Shown here: positions 11,101-20,696 of the stretch, in pieces
Numbering within the stretch: the stretch's first letter is position 1
Layout: every line of letters begins with the position of its first letter
Assembly (NCBI GenBank): GCA_030429765.1
Contig: JAUIER010000002.1
Location: 130,239 to 194,238, forward strand
DNA from: a bacterium
Lineage (GTDB): Bacteria > Omnitrophota > Gorgyraeia > Zapsychrales > Zapsychraceae
Direction of reading: 5' to 3'
DNA: 64,000 nucleotides
The notes under the pieces: model-generated
Told to the model about the DNA's origin: nothing
Seen by the model: only the letters and a program-made list of their open reading frames with translations
Databases searched by the model: none
Position numbers and translations under genes: made by a program

Positions 11101-14100
11101 AACATTGGATGCGGCATCCCCATAATGTACCCGATTCGTGTGTAAACCTCTGGTAAGCGTTTAAGATCGATTTCGATATATCGCTTGCTGATTGGAAGCT
11201 CTCCAGCGTAGACGGCACCGAAACCAGTACTTTCGTTGGCATTGGCATCTACAGTAACGACATTGCCGGACGTATTGATATACTCAAGAATCTGCTGAGC
11301 CTTTTCCTCACCAACACTGGCTTCCAGTTTGTTCACCCACGACTGAATCCCAACAACGGTCGCAATTCCCAACTCTCGGGACATAACCGCCGCGTGAGAC
11401 GTCGCACCGCCAACATCAGCGATGACACCCATCACGTTTTTGGTTTGCAGGACAGCGTTGTAATCTGGCGTTGTTTCGCGGGTTCGGATAATCACCTGAA
11501 CACCACTATCCGCTAGGCGCTTGATCTCCTCAAACTGCGACGGCAAGCTCTTCTCTTCAGAGATTTTAAAGATCTGCCCGGAAAAACTATTTCGCGTCGC
11601 GATACCCTGTGCCACCAACTCACCGCGGATCAACCCAGAATCTTCGCCCTTTACGTTAGGCATCGGCTCTTCAAGACTACGAACCTCCTTAAGATCCTTT
11701 TCTGGAACATATGTGTAATCAATTTCGATTAGATCCGGTTTCTTGACGTCACCATCCACATTGGATGGACGACGCTGAACTGTCACAGGCGTATTTTCCT
11801 TACCCAGATTTAGCCCCACGGCCCCTTCCATATCCACTAGATGGCCGTATCCTCGCGCCTTTTCCATGAATTCTTTGGCAATTTCTATAACCTGACTGTC
11901 CGTGGCTGAGAATGAGTTTCTCATATTTTCCGAGACATCCGTAAACATGGTCTTCATCTCTGGATCCTCTTCCAGTTCTTTCAGCAAATGAACAAGCAGT
12001 TTCAAATCATCCTTGTCGTACGCAAAAAACTGTAAATCTTCGTCCGTGATCTCATTAACCGTCTTGTCTACGGTCAACGCGATTAACCTCTGAAGGACAT
12101 TACGAACATCTTTCACATCAACACCGTTAGCCAAGCCCACGGAAGGTAATACATTAGATCCTTCAAGGACGTTGAGATAAACTTCAACTTCAGACTCTAT
12201 GAGCCCTAATTTCTCGAGCACCGGAGCCGTGTACACAGCCTGAACCGTCTTGGTCCCCAGCTGTCGACTCAAAATATTGACATGCGACCCATTTTCATCT
12301 TCAAAAATATGGACCAGGAATGTATCCGGCGTTGCAACCCCCTGCACGATGGACTCACCGATTCCATAGTTCGTGGTAATCGTTGCCACGCGCCCTCGAT
12401 TGACGTATTCATCTTCCGGTATATCCTGGAAGCCCATCGCCGTCCAATCCGCTGATATGTCATGCCCCATGATAACAAATGAGATATCCACACCAGCCAT
12501 CGGCATTACCGTGACACCCATTGCGATATTCTCAACGTCCAGCAAACTTTGTCGATGCTTATTAACGATCTCGACCTGATCATCATATCCATGCTTGGAT
12601 AGGGCTTTGCGTAACTTTATCGAGGTCACAATATTAAAGTTTTTATCGGCTAAAGCCTCCGCCACCAACTGATCGTTGGCATCAGAACTTTGGCTTAATG
12701 TTTCGATGATTTCTTCGGATTTCTCCGCATCACTCAGAATTTCGTCAAACGCCTGGATCACCATCAGCGTATCCCGATATTTCAATACCTGTTCGGTATA
12801 TAGTGACGCCACGTCATCCCGCCATCGCCGTACAACCGCGTCTTCACCAGATTCACCAAGATAACTGTCATGCTGTCCCGCGTTTGAACCAATATTGACA
12901 TCTGTCAAAACTTTAAAGATGTACGCATTATCCTCGGCCTTACCGGAGCTGCGAATAGCCACAAGATCTTGCTTTGTTATGCGGCGCAATTCGCGGTAAG
13001 CTTCCCGTAAATCCCGCTCGATATCCGCCGGAACATCGTAACTTGTAATCAATTTACGAATGGACGCTTCAGCCCCACGCCGACCATCTTCGTCCGACAC
13101 ATCCAGATCATCCAGAATCGCGTTGATCTGCGGAATTAAGTCTTTGTACGCCTTTAAGAATTTTGTGGAGGCTGTTGTTGATGCTCCAAAACTACGAAGA
13201 TTCTTGCTTGGAGCCTGAGACCAATATAACCCTTGCTGATAAGTCTTCCCTCCAACCAGTTCTTTACCTCGCTTTTCATCCAATACCGATGATTCATAGT
13301 CCCAGATCACATTTTTCTTTAACAACTGCTGATAATAGCGTTCCAGGAACGCATCCACGGACGCCTGAACAAACTCATTCAGCTTTTCCTTATCGATGGC
13401 GGCCTCAACTTGATTCGCTACATCTTCACCAGCTGCAACTGCCGCGTTATAATTACTTCCGTCATCATTCATTAAACTTTTCGCCTTGAAAAGGCCGGCC
13501 GCTTCCCTTAACAGGAGCAGGTCAAGTAGTGACTCATCTTCCCGGCCCAGTTCGTCCGCAATACCTTGTCCGACATATACTCTACTGGCGGTTACCCCTG
13601 CATGAGCAACCTGATATTCATTGGCATTTCGAATTACGAGTGTCGGCGAACCATTTTTCATATCTTGAACACCGACAAATTCCACTTCCTTGATAAATTC
13701 CCTTAATTCATCTGGATCAATATCGTTGTCGAGCAGACTCTGTTCGATCCGTTGATCCGTAGACAGGTTAATAATCGAATCCACGCGGTCAATTGTCTGC
13801 GTCTGATCGGCGTCATACGCCGCTTTGATCCAGCGGTTCACACTGAAAAATCGATCTTCTTCGGAATCGTCATCCCGATGCGGGATCAATCCAACCTTCT
13901 TGGCCAAGTTGGCACTGCGCAAGGCCTTGTTCATTTCGTCAGCCGCCATGGCCGCGTCACGCGCGATGATTTCAGCCAGCGTCGCATCCGGATTAAACTC
14001 CTTGAGCCCACGGATAATATCGTCAACCCCGACATTCTTGTCGACTTCCTCAACGGCATAAGCCACATCATCGGGCGCCACCACGCCTGTACGAAGCAAC

Positions 14101-17100
14101 ACGGTTGATACATTGTTCGGAATCACATTCGATTCTTGAGGCGTCAAGAAAAAGGCAACAATCTTACCGTCTTTGCGCTCACGAATCATGACCGGCATGA
14201 CAAAGGCCTGTAAACGCTGAATGTCATTCATGAGCGTGCTGAATATTTTGGTTGGGCTGAACTTCTTGCCCGTATCCACCACGGCCACTCTTGGGTGCTT
14301 GTCCAACATCAGCTTTAAATCGTCAGCCGTTAGTCGTTGTGAGTAACTGGCATTACCATCCTGGTCGTAGGTAACGATGGTATCTTCATCGTTGGCCAAA
14401 TCGGCTGATACAACTTTCTCTGCGGAAATGACCGCGCGTCCCACGTGAAATTTGGTTTGCGGCCCTACAGTAGCGTCCGTTACATATGATGCCTCACCCT
14501 TCACACGCCGGAAAGCAGCCAACATATCGCCATTCTCCAATTGTTGTTTGAAGAAGGCCATTGCGTCTTCGGCGTGATGATAATCAAACGCTGTATCTGC
14601 GAAACCATCGGCGTCGATGGCATTTTTTGGAGAACCCGGATCGGCCGCCCGACGAATCGTCAGCACATCCACTTCCAAAGATCCTGGCTTAACCTGAACC
14701 GGTGATGGATCCAGATCAACGGCCATACTGCCTTCCTTCACCGACTCTTTGACACTTGCCAAAATTGGCAACAGCAACGCTACATTCGACGTCGTGTTGC
14801 AAGATCCACACATAATATTCTGCTGCGCCATCCAAGGCTGGAAGTTGATACCGGCATAAGCAAACGCCCCCGTATCCGACATGTTACCATCCGCAACCTT
14901 GTCCGGATCGTTCGATCCCTGATAGATGACGAAATAGTCGTAATTATCCCACGTTTCAAGTTTGGTAATTTGTGAAATCGTTGCTGATCCCATCTTCAAC
15001 CCGTCATCTTCCCAATTGTCCGGAAGATCACGTAAAACTTTTCCGTCTCGCATGACCGGATCACCGTCAGCATCAACGACAACATTCATTTTTCCATCGA
15101 GGCCTTCAACAATCCCGGAAATTCGCTCCAGACCTTCGGCTCCATCCAGATAAGATTCAGCCGTGACTTCCTTACCGGCCGCATCTTTGTAGATTGGCAA
15201 CCCGGCACGTTTGTATGCGCCTAAACCATCCTTGTTAAGAGGAATAACCTTGTATCCGCGCTGAATCGCTCCCTTGGCCCGTTCGTTGGGACTACGATTG
15301 GCCACGATAATATCGTAACCCAGTCGGTTCAACTCAAACATGATTTTGGAGTTTATGGTCCCAGCACCCCACCCGAGAATAGCCGTCTCAGGCACCACAC
15401 GTAAATTTGAACCCGTTCCGTCCTTAAAGGTAATTACACTGGCGCGTTGGTCACCTGGCAGCTTGTATTTGATTTTGTAAGGCCGTTCCCGCCGACGAAG
15501 TTTGGATGGATCTCCCGTTGAATAACGCGTCCCCTCAAACTCTCCCAACTGAAAACCGGCTTCAATTCCCCTAAAATCCTGTGCCGGCGCATACTCATGT
15601 ACTTCTCCCTGTAAAAAGGCATTCATACGGTTCGGTGCCACACTTTCCCGAAGTGTGATCATGCGACCTGTTTCCTGGACATGCTGATGGGCAAATGCCA
15701 GAATGGATGCATAATATTGGTTGCGGAATGCGGTATCTTGATCAAGATCCTTATCCCCAATCGGCTTCATCACGGCATAATAATCATTTTCCCAGGTCCC
15801 GAATGCAACTTCATTACCTTGGTAGCTGACTTTAAATTTTTTATCGCCAATGTTCTGAACGTCAACCGTCATGGCCGAGTCAGCTTTGGCTGCCAAAACG
15901 TCCATTCGCGTCCAAAATAATCTAAACCCAGCCGGATTCTTCTCGTACACATTGTTGTAGGCCCGATCAACAACAACTCTTCGCATCGCACTGTACGGAT
16001 CCGACTCACGGTCCACACGCGCTAATTCCGGAACAATTCTAGACTGAACATAGCCAGAAATATCTGTGATAAACGGCTTATAGTCTTCCTGTTCCAATTC
16101 CAAATCGCGATTATAACTCGTTCTTGGTGTGGCAAATCCGGCCTCGGCTAATGCCACTTGAATATCCTCTAACGTGTTCGAGGCAGGAAACGCACTGAGC
16201 TTGCGAGCCTGGATCGTCTCATCAGCCAGTCGCGCGTTGTACATATCTCTTAAATCTTCAAACCGGACATCATTGTTCATCAAAAAGGCCACTTCTTCAC
16301 TCACCAGGTCGAACAGGTCATGTATCCCGACATGATCCTCCGGAAACGCAGGAACCTGCACATCACCGCTCCCCATCGTCAACACAACTTGATTATTGGC
16401 CATCACGTCACGATAGCCTTTTAACGTGCGGACCAATTGACTTTTTGGAATCAAGTGAATCGCATTCTCCATAATAATATGATCAGCCTTAAGACCCGGA
16501 ATATCCGAAACTAAGGCAAATTCATCTACACCTGCCTCATCCTGACCAAGCTTGGGCAGGATATAAAACTCAACCTCTTCAACAACATCGTCGTATTGAT
16601 TGAGGATCTTACGTTGGGCGTACTTCATGTATCCAATCGATTGACCATATTCAACATCAGTCAGGACTAATTTTTTGATCTTTTTACCCGTGGCTCGTAA
16701 CTGCTCAAGCAGATAAATCGACGCGCCACCGGTCCCAGCCGATGCATCCAGAACAACATCCTGACCGGTATCGCTAATACGCTCCACAACAGGGTCTAAA
16801 TCAAAGGCTAGATTGGCTTGATACCAATTGGCCTGAACCACTCGGTCTCCATAAATCTGAGCACTACTACCCTCACGAATTCCGGCTTCACTCCCAACCA
16901 TCCGTCGAGGTCGCTTGAGGGCATCACTGACATCCTTCGGATCACCGGTCATTGCGAAGTCAACGGTAACTTCCCGGCTGTTTCCCTGTATACTTGCTAA
17001 TTGGCGCGGTGTTAGAATATTCTCAGACTCTACCGTTTCAGCGGTTAACTGGGCAAAATCAGCCCCTCCTGAAAAGTATCGTCGCGGAACGGTACGATTT

Positions 17101-18122
17101 GTCATCGGATCGACATCTTCTCTAATATAATCGTACACACCTTTCTTGAACGACTCGAGGTACTGGTTATAAATTTTCTGGTTAATCTCTTTGTCTTCGG
17201 ATTCAATACCGCCAGTTCGGTTCTGATCAACATAAGCCTGCCCCAAGAAACTTTCACGAAGGTTCTGCTTGTACCAATCCGATAGAATGACGGCATGATA
17301 GATCTGCCGCAATTGGGCAAATGTCTGTCCATGATTGATTTCCTTTTCGATTTCGGGAATCAACACTTCGCGAACCACATCCAAAGATGCGCCGGTGATC
17401 ACATCCGCATCTTCAACCTTTTGACCATGTTTGACTTCAGCTTGATGATTTTCAAGCGCCAAATAGTCTTCTTCCAACATGACTTTCAGTCGGCTCTCGA
17501 CGATGACGGCGTTGTTATTGTGCTCATAGATCACGGCCTTTTCCGGCACAATCCAGATCTTGTTGAAGGTATTCATCGGAATATCGGTTGTACCGAATTT
17601 CTGGTAAGCCATTTTGTGGACGCGATCCCAAAATTTTTGACCAACTGCGTCTTCGGGATACATCATGGAGGATGTCAATTGCTTGAGCATGTAGTCCTGT
17701 GCCAACAAATCGCGCCCCATCTGCGTGGACCCGAATCCTTCGGATACCATACGGTTTTCTTCATAGGGAGACAAGTTGACCCACAACTCATTCTCCGGCA
17801 CAGTCAACGATGCCAGAAAATATTTGATCAATCGGTCAGACTCGGCCCGAAAGGCCTCATCTGAGTGAGCTTCGTCGCCAGAATCAATGATAAAGTTCAT
17901 TTGCAAAGGATCATCGGGGTGTATGGTGATTCCTTTGATAATAGTGGGTTGATAGGCGATGGACGGTGCAACGAGCGTGCCCGGAACGGGTAAGCTCAGC
18001 ACTCCGGTACTGACCGTCTGAGCGTAACTCGGAGGAACAATTGACGTGAAACAGAAGGCCAGCAGGATAAAGCTGCTGGTCAGCTGGCAAAATATACTCT
18101 TTTTAAAATTTGAAAAATTCAT
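7827..18122 (-). CDS. Giant 3431-aa signal-peptide multi-enzyme protein (methyltransferase-like, type II GAPDH, PEP synthase and a degenerate partial copy) with D-x-A-M-delimited modules
   Basis: Uninterrupted 10.3 kb ORF with AGGGG RBS; signal peptide ending SYA|Q; enzyme motifs listed in the sub-features. Confidence 0.9.
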   Translation of the reverse strand: MNFSNFKKSIFCQLTSSFILLAFCFTSIVPPSYAQTVSTGVLSLPVPGTLVAPSIAYQPTIIKGITIHPDDPLQMNFIIDSGDEAHSDEAFRAESDRLIKYFLASLTVPENELWVNLSPYEENRMVSEGFGSTQMGRDLLAQDYMLKQLTSSMMYPEDAVGQKFWDRVHKMAYQKFGTTDIPMNTFNKIWIVPEKAVIYEHNNNAVIVESRLKVMLEEDYLALENHQAEVKHGQKVEDADVITGASLDVVREVLIPEIEKEINHGQTFAQLRQIYHAVILSDWYKQNLRESFLGQAYVDQNRTGGIESEDKEINQKIYNQYLESFKKGVYDYIREDVDPMTNRTVPRRYFSGGADFAQLTAETVESENILTPRQLASIQGNSREVTVDFAMTGDPKDVSDALKRPRRMVGSEAGIREGSSAQIYGDRVVQANWYQANLAFDLDPVVERISDTGQDVVLDASAGTGGASIYLLEQLRATGKKIKKLVLTDVEYGQSIGYMKYAQRKILNQYDDVVEEVEFYILPKLGQDEAGVDEFALVSDIPGLKADHIIMENAIHLIPKSQLVRTLKGYRDVMANNQVVLTMGSGDVQVPAFPEDHVGIHDLFDLVSEEVAFLMNNDVRFEDLRDMYNARLADETIQARKLSAFPASNTLEDIQVALAEAGFATPRTSYNRDLELEQEDYKPFITDISGYVQSRIVPELARVDRESDPYSAMRRVVVDRAYNNVYEKNPAGFRLFWTRMDVLAAKADSAMTVDVQNIGDKKFKVSYQGNEVAFGTWENDYYAVMKPIGDKDLDQDTAFRNQYYASILAFAHQHVQETGRMITLRESVAPNRMNAFLQGEVHEYAPAQDFRGIEAGFQLGEFEGTRYSTGDPSKLRRRERPYKIKYKLPGDQRASVITFKDGTGSNLRVVPETAILGWGAGTINSKIMFELNRLGYDIIVANRSPNERAKGAIQRGYKVIPLNKDGLGAYKRAGLPIYKDAAGKEVTAESYLDGAEGLERISGIVEGLDGKMNVVVDADGDPVMRDGKVLRDLPDNWEDDGLKMGSATISQITKLETWDNYDYFVIYQGSNDPDKVADGNMSDTGAFAYAGINFQPWMAQQNIMCGSCNTTSNVALLLPILASVKESVKEGSMAVDLDPSPVQVKPGSLEVDVLTIRRAADPGSPKNAIDADGFADTAFDYHHAEDAMAFFKQQLENGDMLAAFRRVKGEASYVTDATVGPQTKFHVGRAVISAEKVVSADLANDEDTIVTYDQDGNASYSQRLTADDLKLMLDKHPRVAVVDTGKKFSPTKIFSTLMNDIQRLQAFVMPVMIRERKDGKIVAFFLTPQESNVIPNNVSTVLLRTGVVAPDDVAYAVEEVDKNVGVDDIIRGLKEFNPDATLAEIIARDAAMAADEMNKALRSANLAKKVGLIPHRDDDSEEDRFFSVNRWIKAAYDADQTQTIDRVDSIINLSTDQRIEQSLLDNDIDPDELREFIKEVEFVGVQDMKNGSPTLVIRNANEYQVAHAGVTASRVYVGQGIADELGREDESLLDLLLLREAAGLFKAKSLMNDDGSNYNAAVAAGEDVANQVEAAIDKEKLNEFVQASVDAFLERYYQQLLKKNVIWDYESSVLDEKRGKELVGGKTYQQGLYWSQAPSKNLRSFGASTTASTKFLKAYKDLIPQINAILDDLDVSDEDGRRGAEASIRKLITSYDVPADIERDLREAYRELRRITKQDLVAIRSSGKAEDNAYIFKVLTDVNIGSNAGQHDSYLGESGEDAVVRRWRDDVASLYTEQVLKYRDTLMVIQAFDEILSDAEKSEEIIETLSQSSDANDQLVAEALADKNFNIVTSIKLRKALSKHGYDDQVEIVNKHRQSLLDVENIAMGVTVMPMAGVDISFVIMGHDISADWTAMGFQDIPEDEYVNRGRVATITTNYGIGESIVQGVATPDTFLVHIFEDENGSHVNILSRQLGTKTVQAVYTAPVLEKLGLIESEVEVYLNVLEGSNVLPSVGLANGVDVKDVRNVLQRLIALTVDKTVNEITDEDLQFFAYDKDDLKLLVHLLKELEEDPEMKTMFTDVSENMRNSFSATDSQVIEIAKEFMEKARGYGHLVDMEGAVGLNLGKENTPVTVQRRPSNVDGDVKKPDLIEIDYTYVPEKDLKEVRSLEEPMPNVKGEDSGLIRGELVAQGIATRNSFSGQIFKISEEKSLPSQFEEIKRLADSGVQVIIRTRETTPDYNAVLQTKNVMGVIADVGGATSHAAVMSRELGIATVVGIQSWVNKLEASVGEEKAQQILEYINTSGNVVTVDANANESTGFGAVYAGELPISKRYIEIDLKRLPEVYTRIGYIMGMPHPMLAMSKISRYSGYSGVALMRGEFAYAEENINPRFGRAYDNFLVDAYLRTVKDNPPARRYRATLNEQELEALDKFRMHLKAREDARARGIDVVLDETNLKIQEFINKGHQAFLASLDENSRRDIDLIRQHPEQISLATKQMMGYVSYNEFFEAVHGGAIATMAAANNVKNNAVLYRSIDFKKNEARELIGSEVFDPTPEVSTMIGERGARWLLQPENQIILREEIRMILRQVVKGYANIGFFFPFVSTPDELDELMRILVEEERAMSEQLQRPVYLREVGQMTELPSNVIQGDQFIKVLKDHEADQKAWFQEQFGVEISRKSFLSFGTNDLTQLTLGADRDNPDMSYLFSEAHPFVIESIRHVVNIAKELETKCGLCGQALVNLVNINPEAAETILMMLGQTGGYAGTDYLGTLASITRAASATLKHGVVDSPVASTNEAGEFAVSNRFDSQTEKGAATRPAYMVKRMSELEKSYVGDFVVLTGNLDFKVIEELDENSKATGRLLVEDESLREQFARLGAVIVARIENFSGQEDQIKAIRQLGVPIVETSVKVTGALNRELEDGDMLTIDFNNKTIYREVQDVRVDVPGLQSEIQLSETESPTESIEFDAKFRASEFYLGNNVHPLRFIETTDGEAKLRQSLKADLLLQLKDKKTRLVYETLDLQSDDLFKLKGSKKYMEEPEVNPALGFAGLDALVKDPRWERLLRIELEVLAELIEDGYRVYIQFNSVKVPESIGKALEMVEAAGIEIDSQVGMNTAWPGNYLALDQYLAQGLSFITLDERRLAQGYLSADLFKNQSVIDFYTAEKVLPNLRRPIAMITRAAADQNVAVQRVAFNDALTVDQAMVAMQALDADDEFLDLLERARAEKGQGYAGDINGKSYWLDDGFLQANSDKLISKIAEALQLLMSRNQLDADLSDGFAPAVLAEIGYSEEFIDLIAAVGRKLGLWKIYPDDIESEEFTRITYQADPSHINYPYLEDVDVQRLGLDNAMISSDKDVGGIDLDPNLFEIERKGEGSLIFPKYRGNPDNIRIQGIVPVIINVTPITNLPMILGLKDAAEDESKTISYDSLDPSDRKVRFQSEDRDQLSLVRG
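8620..9760 (-). other. Degenerate second copy of the PEP-synthase swivel and PEP-binding domains
   Basis: RQLGVPIV...DGDMLTID echoes RELGIATV...GNVVTVD; LDLQSDD..LKGSKK..EPEVNPALGFAG echoes IDFKKNE..LIGSE..PEVSTMIGERG; phospho-His and GTND motifs are absent. Boundaries approximate. Confidence 0.65.
9850..13320 (-). other. Phosphoenolpyruvate synthase (PpsA/PPDK family) module of the giant protein
   Basis: VGGK, AIRSSGKAED, AGQHDSYL, YGIGESIVQG.ATPD, GGATSHAAVMSRELG (His about aa 2243), MRGEF, MTELPSN, SFGTNDLTQLTLGADRD, GLCGQ. Boundaries approximate. Confidence 0.9.
14020..15390 (-). other. Archaeal-type (type II) glyceraldehyde-3-phosphate dehydrogenase module of the giant protein
   Basis: GAGTI, IYQG, SCNTT (Cys about aa 1108), IRRAADP, HHAED, PQTKFH, HPRV, QESNVIPNN in the order of type II GAPDH motifs. 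Boundaries approximate. Confidence 0.8.
15882..16949 (-). other. Class I SAM-dependent methyltransferase-like module of the giant protein
   Basis: VVLDASAGTGG (motif I), LVLTDVE (motif II), ADHIIMENAIHLI (motif IV-like). Confidence 0.6.
17061..18122 (-). other. Signal peptide (aa 1-34) and N-terminal non-enzymatic domain of the giant protein
   Basis: Basic n-region, hydrophobic h-region, PPSYA|QT; followed by LIKYFLASLTVPE..LWVNLSPYE..MGRDLLAQDYMLKQLT..KVMLEEDY..RRYFSGG. Confidence 0.7.
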
Positions 18123-18194
18123 TTTTTACACCCCTTTGTGTTGACTTTAGAATCTAGCAAATTGATCATCATCTAAATAAAAATACGCCGAAAA

Positions 18195-18212
18195 GTTTGC
18201 ATCAATGCAAAC
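18195..18212. promoter_or_regulatory. Perfect inverted repeat, candidate operator in the giant-gene leader
   Basis: GTTTGCAT-CA-ATGCAAAC. Confidence 0.4.
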
Positions 18213-18313
18213 ATTCTCGTCGGATTAATGAAAATTAACTTGGAAACTAAAGTTTTGGAATGTAAAAAATGCTACATGTAGATTGGGGAAGTAACCTTTA
18301 CAGGTATATATTA

Positions 18314-18341
18314 ATTATACAATACTATTTCGAGTTGTCAA
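18314..18341 (-). promoter_or_regulatory. Consensus sigma70 promoter of the giant gene
   Basis: Minus strand TTGACA (18341-18336), 16 nt spacer, TATAAT (18319-18314). Confidence 0.7.
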
Positions 18342-18436
18342 TGGGGATCACACCCTTAACCCACTGAAAAATCGGACGTTGCGACCTCATGCAAATAGTG
18401 GGGGTACTATTCGCCCCCCTGAATCCTTTCGGGGCC

Positions 18437-18477
18437 AAAAAAAGAGGAGCAACAGGCCTTAACCTATTGCTCCTCTT
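18437..18477 (-). terminator. Rho-independent terminator of groESL
   Basis: Minus strand AAGAGGAGCAATAGG-loop-CCTGTTGCTCCTCTT followed by a T tract. Confidence 0.8.
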
Positions 18478-18528
18478 ATATTTATGATTAAAACGGACAT
18501 TTCGCCCAAATCGACATTTGAGACAAAA

Positions 18529-20211
<1,683 letters not shown>

Positions 20212-20226
20212 TTAGTATCGTGTGAT

Positions 20227-20523
20227 TTATTTGACAACCGCGAAGACATCATCTTCACGCATAATCAGCAGATCTTCACCATCTTTAGTCGAGATCTCTG
20301 TTCCGCTGTACTTTCCGTACAAGACTCGGTCACCCTTCTTAAGTTCCAATGAGCGAACGTTTCCGTCTTCGGTAACTTTACCCTTTCCGACCGCGACAAC
20401 CTTGCCTTCTTGCGGCTTTTCTTTGGCCGTATCCGGAAGAACGATTCCTCCCTTGGTTTTTTCTTCAGCCTCCAATGGTTTCACAATAATTCTGTCGGCT
20501 AGTGGTTGAATGTCCATGACCAT
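20227..20523 (-). CDS. groS: Co-chaperonin GroES
   Basis: [30 protein letters not shown]. Confidence 0.98.
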   Translation of the reverse strand: MVMDIQPLADRIIVKPLEAEEKTKGGIVLPDTAKEKPQEGKVVAVGKGKVTEDGNVRSLELKKGDRVLYGKYSGTEISTKDGEDLLIMREDDVFAVVK

Positions 20524-20579
20524 CCTCCTTCTGATTGGTTAAGAGTTGTGAATATTTAAAAATTTCTGAAATTTGATGA

Positions 20580-20606
20580 TTAGCACTGATTCTCTAAGAG
20601 TGCTAA
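20580..20606 (-). promoter_or_regulatory. CIRCE element (HrcA operator)
   Basis: Minus strand TTAGCACTC-N9-CAGTGCTAA, one mismatch to consensus, upstream of groES; TTGACA at 20632-20627. Confidence 0.9.
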
Positions 20607-20696
20607 TTTATCAAAAAACCCGCGTTTGTCAAGAGGTTTTTTGTGCCTTGTAAAGCACTCATATTAAAAAGGTTATGGATGAAGATTGGGAGTTTT

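Noticed and set aside
14555-14580. HHAEDAM as another junction motif (also ERAM near 10310-10321)
   Set aside because: They do not fit D-x-A-M and lie inside catalytic domains (the GAPDH HHxxD motif and the PEP-synthase barrel)
7827-18122. Giant ORF as an assembly chimera, intein-containing gene or mobile element
   Set aside because: Single clean frame with its own promoter and RBS; no intein C...HN motifs, transposase, integrase or terminal repeats recognised. Read-level confirmation is still advisable.
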